From contig CP158636.1 in assembly GCA_050273025.1 (NCBI GenBank), positions 8,804,001 to 8,868,000 of the forward strand: 64,000 nt of DNA, in the 5' to 3' direction. The notes under the pieces were generated by a model. It did not search any database. It had not been told where the DNA came from and saw only the letters and a program-made list of their open reading frames with translations. The translations under genes were made by a program, and so were the position numbers. Below, piece by piece: positions 12,701 through 27,000 of the stretch. Position 1 is the stretch's first letter; each line of letters opens with the position of its first letter. Source of the DNA: Cenococcum geophilum (Eukaryota).

Positions 12701-15700
12701 ATCTAGTAATTATAGGACTAAGGAGTAGAGGCTAAACCAGGGATTTTAGCAGCAGAAGACGTTTAGGCGGACTCTATAGTAAAGTTAGTAGTTTAAAAAT
12801 AGAGCTTATATAAATTATAGGAAATAAGGTTATTTCGCAAGGGATTATAAAGATAGTTAGAATTACTATGCAATAAAGGGAACTAGACTAGTAGTGGAAG
12901 ATATACACGTATAAAGGGATAATAGTGTACTACAAGGAACAAAAGAATGTTTAATTAGAAGTTTCGCGTTTTGCTATAATAACGCATACCAAATTTATAA
13001 AGACGCTAAGTATAGCGCAAGCTATTAGCTATAAGAGCCAAAATCCTTAAAATATAGGGGAACTAATAAACTATTACGTAGATTGGATATTAAAGACAAC
13101 AAGTTTAATATAGGCGAAACATTTGCAGACGATAAGGCAATAAGGGCAGTTTATTAGGAACGTATAAACCTTAAAGAAGTTATATTAGAAGTAGAAACTA
13201 AGACCGCTATAGAGTAAGGTTTAGTAACGGGCATTATAACACCGTTAGATACGGCATCTATCACTTTATAAAATAAAAGGAAGAGTATTTTATAAAGATT
13301 AAGTAAGCAGACAACTGCTAGTGCTAATTCATTACTTAATAAAGGCAAAAGGCTAAAGGCTTAAAATTCTTAAAATAAGATAAGAGATAATTAAGATTCT
13401 TAAGACGAGATAAGGCAAGCTTAAGGACCTATAATAGACAATAACCAATAGAGTAGAGTAATAGCTTAGTTTAAAGATATACAAATAAGCTTAGGATAGA
13501 GTTTCCTATAGGTATAAGATTCTTAAGAAGAAATAAGTGAGATTTAGGACTCTTAAGACGAGATAAGAATACCTAAGCCTAGTTAGACTAAGGTAGGAGT
13601 AAAGCTTAAGATAGAAGCCAGCTTAGGATTAAAAATCCTATAGAATTAAGACTTTAAAACACGAATAAGGACTATTAACGAGATTAAGAAGTAGGAAGAC
13701 TTTAAGGATCCACTTATAAGACGCAAAAAGAAAGAAACTATAGAGGAATTTTGTCACGGAGTGAGTATAAGCGGCGATAATATATAGCAAGGTAGATATT
13801 ATTAAGCTATGTATATAAACTATATAAGGAGGTTAAGACGTTGCGTAAGGAAAGAAGGTAGGAAAACGGGAAGAAAGGGCATATATCTTTAACTTAGTTG
13901 CTTAGTTAATACATATATAGGGCAGAATAGGGTTTAAGTTATGGTCCTAGCAGAACTTAGCAGAATTTAGTGGAACTTAGCAGAATATAGCAGAATGCCA
14001 TAGATTGCCGTTAGATTGCCATCAGATTGCTATTAAATTACCATTTCGTAGTTAGTCTCTAATTACTAAGTTGGTGGAAATAGGTGGACGTGTATAAGGT
14101 ATTATAAGGGTGTCCCATAATAGTACCCCCCCTTTAAACTTGAGCTTCTGCGAGATAGGGCTGTAGTAGTTCTAGATAGAGTTTGTGAAAGTCTTCTGCG
14201 GCTTATATAAGTTCTATAGAGTTAACGGGTTCCTATAAGGACTTAGTAAAGCCTCTCTATTTCGTAAGATATATATATTAGCGTTTCCGTTTGTTATACT
14301 TAATATTATTAATTCTTTTAATAAAGTACTTATTCTCACTATCTACTTTAACTGGTAGGAGAAGGTCCTATATCTATCTAGGCAGGGCGTCTAATATAGG
14401 GGCAGTAGGATAGAGGACTGACGTATAGAATACGGGGTGGATTTTAACCGTATTAGGGAGCTTTAATTAGTAAAAATAAGAGGAGACGACCTTCTCAACC
14501 TTATAAGGGCCAGCGTTCTTCTAATTAAGTTTCTTAGCAGGTCGTTTTGTGTTTAGATTTCTTATATCTAGCTAGACAAAGTCACCAATTTAGTAAGCTA
14601 GTGCTAGGGTTTATTTTTTATTTGCTGCGGCTTTATAGACAGATTGGGCCTATATTATTTCGTTAGTAAGGAACTATTATAGTTCCTCTATCTTTTTTAC
14701 GAATTTGTTTGCTTCTGTAACTTATAAGGCTTAATAAGCGGGGTAAGGAACGTTGCTAAAGGGTTTAAAACCCATTTATGGATACTGGCCGTAGTTAGCT
14801 AGGAATGGGGAGACCTTTATAATTTATAAAACGGAATTATTTGCTATAAACTTGGTAAATATAAGCTAGTTAATCTAGTTATCTTGTAAGTATAACGTGT
14901 ATATCCGAATATACTGCTCTATTATAGCATTTATATGTTCCGTTTAACTATCCGTTTCTAGGTGGTATACTATAAATAATAGTACTTTAATATGGAGTTG
15001 GGTAGTTAGTTCTTCTTAAAATATAAAGACAAATTGGCTGCCTCTATTAGAGATAATTGTTTTAGGGAGTTTATAGAGTTTCTATACGTAATTTAGGAAT
15101 AGTTGGGTAATAGCAGGTGTTGACATATTAGGGTAGGTAATTAAGTGTCTTATTTTGGATAGTTGGTCTATAACTACTATAATATTTATATAGCCTTTAC
15201 TTACGGAGAGATTAATAATAAAGTTAATTAAGATATCCTTTTATCTTTGGTTTAGAGTAGGTAGTGGCTTTAGAAGGCCATTATATGTCTTATATAAAGC
15301 TTTAGCTTGCCGGCAGATATAGCAGCTAGAGATATACCTTTATGTTATATTATATATATTCGGCCAATAGTATTCTCGTTAGAGTAGTTTTAGGGTTTTT
15401 CCTTAGCCTAGGTGGCTGGCTACTAGTAGATCGTATACGTGTTTAAGGAGCTTAAGCTTAAGCTTATTATAATTAGGGATAATTAGACGGTTCTAGTAAT
15501 ATAGGCGGTTTCCGCGGGCTTTATATTTACTTAGAGAAATCTTTCTAGAGCGTCTAATGCCATCTTATATTAGTTTAAGTGTTTTTTAGATAAACTCGTT
15601 ATTTGGGTATTTATTAACTATAATCTGTTTAATTAATTAATTAGTTATTTTAAGGATATATACCATAAGATCTTTAGTAGGAGGGTTAAATAGTTTAGGG

Positions 15701-16535
15701 TAAAGTAGGGTCTAATTTTAGTAAGAGCGCGCTTCTTCTAGGGCTAGCGCGTCTTATAAGTGTTAGGTTAGGGCATTAGGCTTCTAACCTTAGACGCCTA
15801 AGCGGTATATAATTAAGAATTGGAAGCGTAATAGATATTCTAACTAGTAAGCCTAATAATGACTTAACTATTTTGTGGTTGTAAAGTACTGTAGGTTCTT
15901 ATAGTCGCTAAGGACCTTAATTAGAAATCCGGCGCCTTCTAGTTTAGGTCGCTATTGCTTAAAGCATCTAATAATAGCTAGTAATTCTTTATTATAGATT
16001 TTATAATTGCATTTAGTAGGGCTTAGTTGCTTTAAGAAGTATACTATAGGGTATAATACTCCTTCTTTGTTATATTAAGACAGAATACCTCTAGTAATGT
16101 AATTAGATAAGTCGGCTTCTATAACACTTATTTGTTCTAGGTTAAAGTATTAGAGTATAGGTATAGTAGTAAATATAACCTTTAGATACGTAAAGGCCTT
16201 CTTATATTCTTTATTAAAGATAAAAGCTTTATCTTTTTAGGTTAAAGTAATAAGGGGTAAAACTAGGGCGGAGAAGTTATTAATAAACTATTGGTAGAAG
16301 TTAGTAAATCCTATAAAGGCTCTTATATCCTTAATGTTCTTGGGTTTCTGCTAGTTTATAATTGCTTTAACTTTCTTTGGGTCTATTTATATACTATTTA
16401 TAGAAATAAAAAGTCTAAGGTATAGGACTTCCGTTTTATAAAACTTATATTTATCTATATCTAATTATAGACTAGCTCCGTATAGGGCTTATAGGATAAG
16501 GTTAACGTGTTTTTAATATTTAGTTAGGTTATTAC

Positions 16536-16542
<7 letters not shown>

Positions 16543-16575
<33 letters not shown>

Positions 16576-19500
16576 TCATTGCTTAACGTCCGATTTGGAT
16601 CCCTATTAGGCCCATGCGGACTACTCCTTATTTATATATAGGGAGAAAACTCTATTTAAGAAAAATGAGAAAACCCTATGATCCATCTCCCTGCCTTTTA
16701 GGACTTGCCTACTTAGTGCCTATAAGTTGCCTATAGTGCTCTACTACCTTACTATTTAACCTCCTTAGGAACTACTGCTGCCGTAATAAGCCTACGGACG
16801 CGCTAGTATTATAAACTATTACTCTACTATTATAGAGTTACTAGGGGGCACTTGATGCTCGTCCCCTTACCTTCTATTACTATTTCCCTTATAACCTAGA
16901 ACTAATTTAGCATATTTTAACTAATAAGCCACTAGGTAACCGCCTTGAGGCCTTTTTATATTAAGAGCAGTATATTATAGTTCTTTATGCCAGCTACTAA
17001 GAGTATTATTTCTTAATTGGTGCGTAGGGGGCATAGCAGTATTACGTGTTTTAGTATCTGTCTTAGCCAGCTATATTCGCATCTCGGGCTACCTACTAGG
17101 ACACCTACCTAGTAAAGCCAATCTTTTAGTCCTATTATTCCTGTTCTTAAGAGTATTACTATTATATTTTCTACCTTTATTAGGCCTTCTTAGATCCCTT
17201 AGGTATTTACCCCCTATAGCGTTAACTATGCTATAGCTTAGGTTTGTCTTGCCTAAGTTAGCCTCTGTACCTTTAACTCCTATTTACCTCTCTAGCGTTA
17301 GTCCAACCAGTATTATATTATAGTAGATAGTTTCCTAGCGTTTTTATATGTTTTACTTTAGCTCCTTTCTCTATCTTACTATTATTTTTACTAACCTCTT
17401 ACGTGTCTCCCTTTCTTCTCTATATGGGCCTAGGCCCTAAAGCGGTACTATTCTTCTTCTACTTTTTTTACCTGTTTCTCTAATATCTCTTCCCTACTTT
17501 AGGGTTATTAGTTTATTCTCCTATAGGGCACCCTAGGGTCCCTCTATAGTTTACTTAGGCGTGTCTTAATATACTTTATAACATTAGAGTTGCGTTTATT
17601 TTACGTCCTTTATATTGCAGCGGCTTTAATATATAACTATAGGGGGGGAATATTAGATTCCTTCTTAAGCAGTACTGTGGCCGTTCGCTTATACCCGCCT
17701 ATAATACTCTAGAGGTAGGCTGTTTAGATCTTTTAAAGTGGTTTAAGGAGTAATTTAGGGGGGCCCTTTTTAGTTTCTCTAATGGCCTAAATACTAGATC
17801 TATATGTTATGGTTGGCCAAACAACTACTATATATAGTAGGCGTGACCTTTAGAAGCATAGACCCTATATAGAATTAACAATCCTAGATAAAGCGATAAA
17901 CTGTGCTTAGCCTTTACGGGCCGCTTACGCTGTATATGCGCTCTATCAGAGCTTACTATCTACCTATACTCCTAATACCTTTAGGCCCTAAACTAGTTAA
18001 CCCCTAAAGCCTTAGATGTAAATTATATGCTAGAGATCTGCAGATTAGTTGCGTTTTCTTATAAAATGGATTAGCTGGTATTTCTCTAGTAAGAATTAGA
18101 CTTTATAACATTTTGCTTATTTTATATAAGTATTATAGGCTTTCTTTAGTGTTCTGCAATTCTCTACGGCTGTTGGCCCGAATATGATTAGGTTTATATT
18201 ATTAATAAAGCCTATTCCCTAGGTCGCCCCTTCCTTAAAGGAGTTAAGTAGGTTACTTATAAAGAAAAGGAAGAGTATAGGCGAGAGGGGTAATCCTTAT
18301 AGTATTCCTGTTGTAACTATAATAGGGGGGCTCTAGTATCTGCTAAAGACTAGTAATGTTTCTTTCTAGCCTATAAACCCTTAGACAAATTATATAATCT
18401 ATTTTAGGAAGCCCTTTACCCTAAGGATATATAGGAGACGCTTATAGGGTATATTGTTATAGGCACCATTAATGTCTAGGCTAAGTATTGATATTATAAA
18501 GTCCTTTCGCATCGCCTATGCAGATTTAATAGTGGCAGCGAGTAGCGTAAGTGCTGATAGTGTTAAGCGGTTCTTTCTTGCCCCTATTTGGCTTTATAGT
18601 AGTAGGGCGTGTTTCTTTACTATATCTGCTATGTGTTCTACTATTACCCTTTCTAAGATCTTGCTAAGGGTGTTTTCTAAGGCAATAGGGCAGTAGCTTC
18701 CTGGGATTAAGTAATCTGCTTTACCTTCTTTTTATAAGACAACCGTCGTTATAGATCTTCCGAGTTATAGGTAGTAGCCTATAGCAAAGTATACTCTAGC
18801 TATATCTGTAAGCTAAGGTGCTATAAGTGGCCTATAGGTTTTTAGGGCCTTATTTAGAATCCTATCTAGTTCTAGTACTATATTATTTAAAAGGCAGCTA
18901 ATAGTTCTAGCCATTTCCTCTATTATTATGTCGCTGTTAACCCGTAGGCGAGTTACTAGTATTTCGCCCGTGATATTACTAAGGTCTGCTAGAGCTGGTT
19001 AGGGGAAGAACCTTTCTATAAGGATCTTTGCCTTCTTATTATTGTTATTTATAGCCTATAATTCTCCTACTCTTCATAGGGGTGGTAGATGTGGGTCTTT
19101 TACTAGGCGCCCTGCCTTTTTATTTGCCCATTTCGCTATAGCCTAAAGGCCCTTATTATGGGGGCAGGTGGTTATATAGTAGAGTTTAACGTACCTACTT
19201 ATCTAGGCCTTTACCCTAGTTTTCTAGTATTTATCCTAAACCTAGGCCTAAAGGCCTAGGGGCTTTCTATAAGCAGTTGGCTGCTACTACCTTAACGGGG
19301 GGTTTTACTAGTTCTTTTAGATATCTTATAATGGGTTAGCTTAAGTACTAGTCTGCTCCCCCGTAGTCTATATAAGAGTCTTCTTCTAAAGTTAGTACGC
19401 TTTTGCACGGCTTAAGTGCCTTCTATAGCCTCTAGTTTTATACCTTTTCTATTATTTCCGCCAGTATAGGCATAAGCTGCCTTTTCTAGGGGTTATAACT

Positions 19501-21017
19501 CCCGTCTTACGTACCTATTAGCGTGATCCTGTAAAGGTATTATAGCTACATCCTGTAATATAGAAGCCTTAGGTACCTTCTATAGTTAAGGCCCAGACTA
19601 AAAAAGCCTCCCCTACCTAAGTAACTCCTATTTACTCCTTAAGCGTATCTTACCGGTATACCGCCCTAGAGGTAAACGGTTTTGTCTATTAATATACTAA
19701 TACGCACATCCGTTCTCTTAAGCTATATAATAGTCTCTCCGGCTAGGGCGTAATCCTACCTACCTACTAGGTGCACTAGGGGTTAAAGCCTAGCTAAGGA
19801 GTAAGGTCCCTAAAGCTAGTAATAGCTACTATACACTACGCCTTATAGGAGGCTAGTAGAAGTATAGGGGCGCAATACCCTATACTACTACCAGTTCCTA
19901 TTTTACGTTACCTATAGGAGTCTCCTTATAATAGGCCGACTGTATCTTATAAGAGGGGGGCTATAAAGACGCTAAGTCCTGCACTAGGTAACCTACTCCC
20001 CCCCCTCCTACTAACTAAGCTTATATCCCCTCTTTTTATAAGCTATACCTATATCTCTAACTATTAAGTCCTCGTCCAACTAGCCTATATTTCCCCTATA
20101 GCCTCCCCTATATATATATATTAGGTCGCGTGCACTACACCTATTAAGACCCTCCTGTGAGTCGCCTTATGTATATACGCATTAGGTTACGTACACTATG
20201 CCTATTAAGACCCTCCTGTGAGTCGCCTACGAGTTAACTATAAGCCAACTGTGAGTTAACTAAGTCGTACGCTATGGGGCCGTTGAAGCTGGCCTGTGTT
20301 TCTACTGCCTAGAGCTTTACCTATGTTTCCACCTCGTTAAGCCGTCTGGTCGCCGTCGCGTTACCATTACATTACCGTCGCGTCACTGTCGCTGTACTAG
20401 GTCGCGCGTACTACGCCTATTAAGACCCTCTTTTAAGTTACCTAGGTGTAACCGGATACCAGATAGACCCTTATAGAGGGGCCTTAATGAGTTCTTTAGG
20501 TAGGGCCTTAATAAGTTCTTTATGGTGGCCTTGGGGCCTTAATAAGTTTTATATAAAGTATCTGCGACGTGTTAACCTTAATAAGTTCTTATAAAAAGAG
20601 GATCCCTACGCCCTTATCGCGTATACTTTATAATCTTAGAGCTAGTGTAAGCCTAAGGGTGTCCTATTATACGCCTAGGACGCATTTACGTTAACTAGCT
20701 AGATAAGGCCAGTTTCGGGCCTAGCTATAAGCTAGGTAGTTGTATATCGGGCGGTTTTTATATCCTAGTTTCCCTTAATAGGCCTCCCTAGATAGTAGAA
20801 TAGGAGCTCTAAGCGGAGGCAGTAAGGCTCCTAATGTTGTTAAGGGCGATGCTTTACACGCGTCACGAGCTCATCACCACAGAGTTAAACGACAGCGCTA
20901 CACGCGCTACGACGGCTCTCTACCATCGCCTCTACACTTAGCTATTAAGAGGAATAGGATTCTAGATAATGTTTCCACCCGCGGTAACGTGGACGTGTGC
21001 AGTAGGGCTTCGCGGGC
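16543..21017 (-). mobile_element. Composite LINE: ribozyme-capped 5' module (~19160-21017) fused to 5'-truncated LINE family A (16543-~19165)
   Basis: (taa)n tail at 16543-16575; 14-bp TSD ttattactatatat at 16529-16542 and 21018-21031. Similarity to the LINE at 1-2820 stops at ~19165. Confidence 0.88.
20933..21017 (-). ncRNA. HDV-like ribozyme, RIP-damaged copy
   Basis: Homologous to 33153-33237. P1 GCCCGCG/CGCGGGU, L3 UCCACGU, P1.1 GG and GCUAA are intact; P3 and P4 carry transitions. G1 directly abuts the TSD. Confidence 0.75.
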
Positions 21018-24000
21018 TTATTACTATATATTAGGATATTGTTAATATAAGCAGTATAAAAGATATCCAGGTAGGGATATAAGGTGTTATTTACGTAATA
21101 TTAGAATAAACTTAGGGCATTTATAAGGCCAAATGGCGTTACTAAATATTTAAATAATCTATACTAAGTACGGAATATAGTAAGCTATTTATCTCCTTTT
21201 ATTATATGGAGGCGGTTAAATACAGAGATAATATTAAGCTTTGTATAATAGCGAGCCTTACTTAGTTAGTTTAATGTCTCCTATATTAACGGGATCGGAT
21301 ATTAGTTCTTAACGGTAATAACATTAAGAGCTTAGTAGTCTATATAAAAGTATAAACCGCCGCCGGGTTTCTTAATAAAGATTACTAGTGCGGCTATAGG
21401 TGATGAGCTCGCTCTAATAAATTCTTTACTTAGGTTCTTATCTAGATACTTCTATAATACTTAAAGTTCGTTTTAAAACATCCTATATAGGGGTCTAAAT
21501 CTAGGCTGCTTTCTGTCTTTAAGTATAATCTTATAGTCGTATAATTGGTGTTCTGGTAGCTTATTAGCTTTCTTCTATAAAAATACCTCTAGGCGGTTAT
21601 AGTACTCTACTAATACCCTTATAGCAGGGTCGGTGTGCTTCTTCGATGCTAAGGCCTTCTTAATATCAGCTATAGTAATAGTAGAGATTATATGTTTAGG
21701 TTTTTTAGTAAGTTATGCTAACAGAGTAGCTCTAATTATGCGGATATTTAGGGTGCTAAGTTCGCTTAGATTGTCTATAGTTTCTTATTTGGGTTTAGGT
21801 TCGGTATTAGGTACGGAGTTAGTATTAGATTTAGGTTTAGGTTCTTTAAGAATCCTTTTTATAGTAGAATACTAGTCCTTCTAGTATTTTTGTATATTAA
21901 GCTTAAGCTTCTGCTTAGCTTAGGGTAGTATAGTGCTTAGTAATAGCTTATGGAATTTAGTAGAGTTTTCGGGTCCTTAGTGGATATTAATAGGATTCCT
22001 AGGTTAGTAGAATCTAGTAGATTCCTTAGGTATAGGGTAAACAGTCGTAGAAATTTTAGACTGGTAGATCCTAGTGGATTTTTTAGATTTTAGTTCTTGG
22101 TCTAAGTAGCGAGTAGTAAGGCACTTTTGCTTATAATAAGAGGTAGTAAATAGAAGCTTAAGGTTGTCCTAATTAATAGTCACCTTATATAGCTTTATCT
22201 AGGGTTATTTAAGGATTACTAGGTAACCTAAGGTAGTAACAAAAAGCTTAATTAGTTCTTTATAGTTTAGGTATTAGAGTCTTAGGGCTACTATATAGGT
22301 AATACGGCCTAAGATGGTGCGTTTGCTATTAAATCTAAATATATTAATATGCCGGTTAAGGGGGGTTAGGGTAAAACTATTATTATATATAAAAATTTTG
22401 TTAATAAATCCTATGCTACTAGCTCCTATATTAATTAGGATTTAAGCGTTAGCCTATTAACTATTCTGCTAAAGATAACAGTTAATGGTTATACTATAAT
22501 CCTAAGAGTTAGAGTTTGTGACATCTAAAGCATTTAATGAGATCCTAAGGTAGAGCTGTCCTAGAGAGCGACTTAACTCTAAGATATGCCTTTTAGTGGC
22601 GAGCGGGAAGGGGTTCCTATAGAATATTGGTTATAGCTTCGCCCTTATAAGTAGTGCTTACTAGACATGGGGCTGGAACTAGGTAAAGATTAGGGGCGGT
22701 AACTAAAAGATTAATGCAGTAAACGGTTACTAGTATTAGCCGTTTATAAATTATTTTAGGGTGTAGGTAAGGGAATAAGACAGTATTTTAAGATATAGTC
22801 CTTACTTCCGTACTTAAAGCAAAGGCCTAGCTTAATGCGTCTTTCTTATTTAGGGGACCCTAGTAGGGCGTACTTTAGGGTTCTAGTATTAATATTTATG
22901 GCGTTAGGGTACTTAGGCTGAGATAATAACTTAGTAGATGTTTATAGGGTTGCCGTATTATATTGGGGGGCGGACTTTGGTATTAGGCGTAGTATATTAT
23001 TATATTATTTATTAACGACGTTTGCGTAGGCATTAAGGGCTCCTAGTAGGTCTACGCCTATTAAGGAGGTTTTTAGTTTAGGGCTTAAAGATTTAATAAG
23101 GCTGTTAATTAGTGTGGAGTTATTCTAGCCTATTTCCCTTGCGTAACGGTTAAATTTAGAGAAGTATACTAGGAAACTTTTTATTTCTTAAGCTATATAG
23201 TTTATCTTTCTCTAGGCAATAGCTTAGCGGTTTAGGTTACTATATAAGGCTTTAAGAAGTACAACTAGGCTTTATACTAAGGTTGGCTGAAGAGGTTTAA
23301 TAAGGTCAGCTGCCTTTTCTTTTAGTTAACTTAAGGCATAACAGAGTCAGTTAGCTTTAGTTAGGTAACGGTTAGCGTTACTAGTTAGCTTATTTTTAAA
23401 CTAGCTTAGGAATAATTGGAGTTTTTATTATTTACTAGTAAATACTAGGGGATCTAGTAGTCGTTCAGATTATTTTAGTGTAGTAGTTAGTTTAAGGTAA
23501 ACAGTTGCTATAAGTTCGGGGCTCGCGTTCCGTATATTTATCTCTAGAGATAGTATTTAGTCTTAAGGCCCTAATGTAGGCATCTTAAGTATACGGATTT
23601 CTTCTTAGAGGTCCTTAATTAATTACTGGTATTATGCTTCTTATTTAGCTTATCGTTAATTTAGAGTAGCTTAGTTTTATATAAGGGCGTCTATAAAAGA
23701 CTTTTATATTTCTGCCAGTTGTTTTTAGAGTACGGATATAATACCAGCGGCCGTTATAGAGGCTTTGGGGTTATTCTGCATTTTAGAGGTGGTATATAAA
23801 GTTAACATAATATAGTATTATAGAGTAAGTATAAGCAGCGATAATATATAGCAAGGTAGATATTATTAAGCTATATATATAAACTGTATAAGAAGGTTAA
23901 GACGTTATATAAGGAAAAAAGGTAGGAAAATAGGAAGAAAGGGTATATATCTTTAACTTAGTTACTTAGTTAATATATATATAGGGTAGAATAGGGTTTA

Positions 24001-27000
24001 GGTTGTAGTCCTAGCAGAACTTAGTAAAATTTAGTAGAACTTAGCAGAATATGGCAGAATGCCGTAGATTGCCGTTAGATTGCCATTAGATTGCCGTTAG
24101 ATTACTATTTCGCGGTTAGTCTCTAATTGCTAAGTTAGTAGAAACAGGTGGACGTGTATAAGGTATTACGAGGGTGTCCCATAACAAATTTAGAGTAAGA
24201 ATTACCTTATAGTAAGATTAGAAACTAAATAAGAAATCTAATATACTAGGTTGTATAAGGGACAGAGCACCTATATAAAGGATTACTAATAGGCCTAGAA
24301 TAGGCACACTATAAGCTAAGTAGCTTACTAAACTAGAATAAGAAAAAGATTTAGGGATTTTAACTAGGTTCGAAGAATGATATATAAAAGGCTGTTATAA
24401 TATAGTAATAAAAAGATACTTCCTTATAGACAAACTGTATATACTCTAGCAGCTATACTAAAGATAGTATAGGTAAAGGTATAATAATAAGTAGGAAGAT
24501 TTCTATATATAGTTAGATAAGAAAGTTATTTAAGACTACCTAATTATAGAAAAGGCTATAAGTTATATTAAAGGAGCCTTAATTATAATGTTAAAAGATC
24601 TAAAAGAGTAATTAGAGGACTAGAGAAGTAAGAGGTAAATTTTAGTACCTATAAATAAAGTTGCGATACTTAAATTAACACGGGAGAGGTTTGGGCTTGG
24701 GGGTAAAAATAAGCTAAGAGTTAACCTAAAACACTAAGCATATTATATATTAGTATAGATTATATACGTAGATAATATATATAACATATATAGAGCACTA
24801 AAAGATAAGAACTAAAAGTATCTAGTAAGGATATATTAGGCACTAGATAAGGCGAAATATAGAAATGTTAAGTATATATATAATTAGTATTTAGTAGAAG
24901 TGTAAAGCCTAGGGGACTTTATAACGGAACCTTGTAGTAAATACTACAATAAGCTTATTAATAGGCTAGGTATATAGGTAATGCAAATTAAAGTTAATAA
25001 CGTAATAATAACTAGTAGAGTGGTTGCCTAATAGATTAACTTTAATTGTATTCTAAGAATTACTATAAGGAAGGAACTATCTAGGTAGGGATTAAGGGTC
25101 CTTAAATACATAACTATACTCCTATAAAATCCTTCTTATATATAATATATATATGCTCTATCTACTCTATTATAGATTATATAGATCCTATAGATTATAT
25201 AGATTACGTTACGTGACCTTAGCTACTATTCCTTGTTATATAGCTTTATTAGCTTTATCCTAGACCGTACTTATATTAACTAACTAGCTTCTTCTAACTC
25301 CTCTCTAAGTAGTCGTAATATTATACTTAAAGCGTCCGTAACACTATCTCCCTCCTCTTTATCTTTATTCTTAAAGATTCCTAATATTTCTAAGTTATTT
25401 ACTAAAGGTGTAATATCCGTTTAATTAATTTAGTTAATATTATTGCTTATTATACCTAAAGAAATTTCTTCTTCTTTAACTACTCGTCGCATTCGCACCG
25501 TTACTGCGATATTATCTCTTAATGAGATTATACTATCTCCGTATTCTCGTTAATTAAAAAAGGGGCTAGTTTACGTTATATTGGCGAACCTATCTTTATA
25601 ATAACTATTCTCTTACTTAAAGTGTACTAAAGTAAATGTTCGTTTATCCTATAATATTTACTCCGTCTTTAATACTAAATATATACAACCTATTACTCTT
25701 AATAGTTGTCTAGTTTCCTAACCAACCCGTTCCAGGGCCTTATATTTAATTTGCTGCTATATAGCTAGATAATAAGCTATCTATTACTTTGGCGGAGTTA
25801 TGCTGTTCCTATAATATAGAACGGGAGGCTACCAATGCTCAGTAACGGGCCCTTAAGTCTCGTCTTACGGCGTCTACTCGGTTAATTTATCTTAAAAAGG
25901 GTTATAAAAAGGTTTATTTTAAAGAGTGGAAACTTATAAAATAAGGTCTACAGGAACTTAGTAATAAAAGAATAGATTCTCTTTTAGCTAAGAAGGAAAT
26001 AGATCTAAGTAGCTCAGCAACTACTCTTCTTAGGTCCCCCTTAAGTGACTTATTCTTTAGTAATCCTTCTTTATTAATACTACCTAACCTAATTTCTTCT
26101 AATACTTCTATACCTTTCCTATAGCGTTTTTTAAATTATCTAATAGTTTCTAGATAGTCTTAGTTTAGCCTATTTACTTAATCTCGTATTATATTTTGTT
26201 ATTAATATCCTTATAGCTAACGATCTTTAAAACTTACTATTTGTCCTCTTCTTACCCTCTATATATATCTGCTTTATAAACCAATAGCTTAATATTTCTA
26301 TATACTAGCTTTAGCATTGCGATATGCTATATAGGGTAAATCTTTATTTTAGCTAGTAGATTTAACTTAAATGTAACTAGTAAAATCCTCTATATAATTT
26401 TAAAAGGTCTTAGTCTAATATAGTCTAACTTCTTACTTAGTTGTTAACTCTTAAAATTTTTATATAGTAGCTATACTTTATCTCCCTCCTTAAGATCTAG
26501 TCCCTTAGATCTCTTAGCATTATAGTACTTTTTTATTCTTTCTTATACTTTCTTTACTAATTCTATAAGGTCTATATAAAGATTTATTAACGTCTTTATT
26601 CTTTCTTTAGCTATACTACTTATTTTCTTTACTTACTATAATAATAATAATATCCTTAGCTTATATCCGTAATTTGCCTTAAATAGTAATATACCTATTC
26701 CTTTTTAAGGTGTTGTATTATATATAAACTATATAATTAGTAATAATAATACCCAATTATTCTGTGCGTAATTAATATAGTACCTTAGATACTATTCTAG
26801 TGTCTAATTTAATCTTTCCGTTTAACCGTCTGTCTGCAGATAATATATAGTAAAAGTTACTACTCTAACTTTTTGTTTCGCTAAGAATACCTTCTAGAAT
26901 GCTACTATAAATCTTAGGTCCCTGTCTAATATAATTTTACTTAGTGCTCTATATCTTACGAACACTTCTTTAATATAAATTCTAGCGATATCTTTTGCTA

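Larger units (their letters stand above)
13752..24186 (-). mobile_element. Ty3/Gypsy element E inserted in D1, RIP-degraded
   Basis: 371-bp LTRs 13752-14122 and 23816-24186; TSD AATTT at 13747-13751 and 24187-24191; C-run PPT after 14122. RT ...AYIDDILIYS on minus at ~21025-21060. Confidence 0.9.

Noticed and set aside
13960..14045. Short tandem repeats in E LTRs as a CRISPR-like array
   Set aside because: No unique spacers; ordinary LTR-internal repeats in a eukaryotic sequence.
20478..20500. ccttaatgag repeats as RIPed hammerhead CUGAUGAG cores
   Set aside because: De-RIPing gives cttgatgag or ctcgatgag rather than ctgatgag, and no correctly placed GAAA or stems were found.
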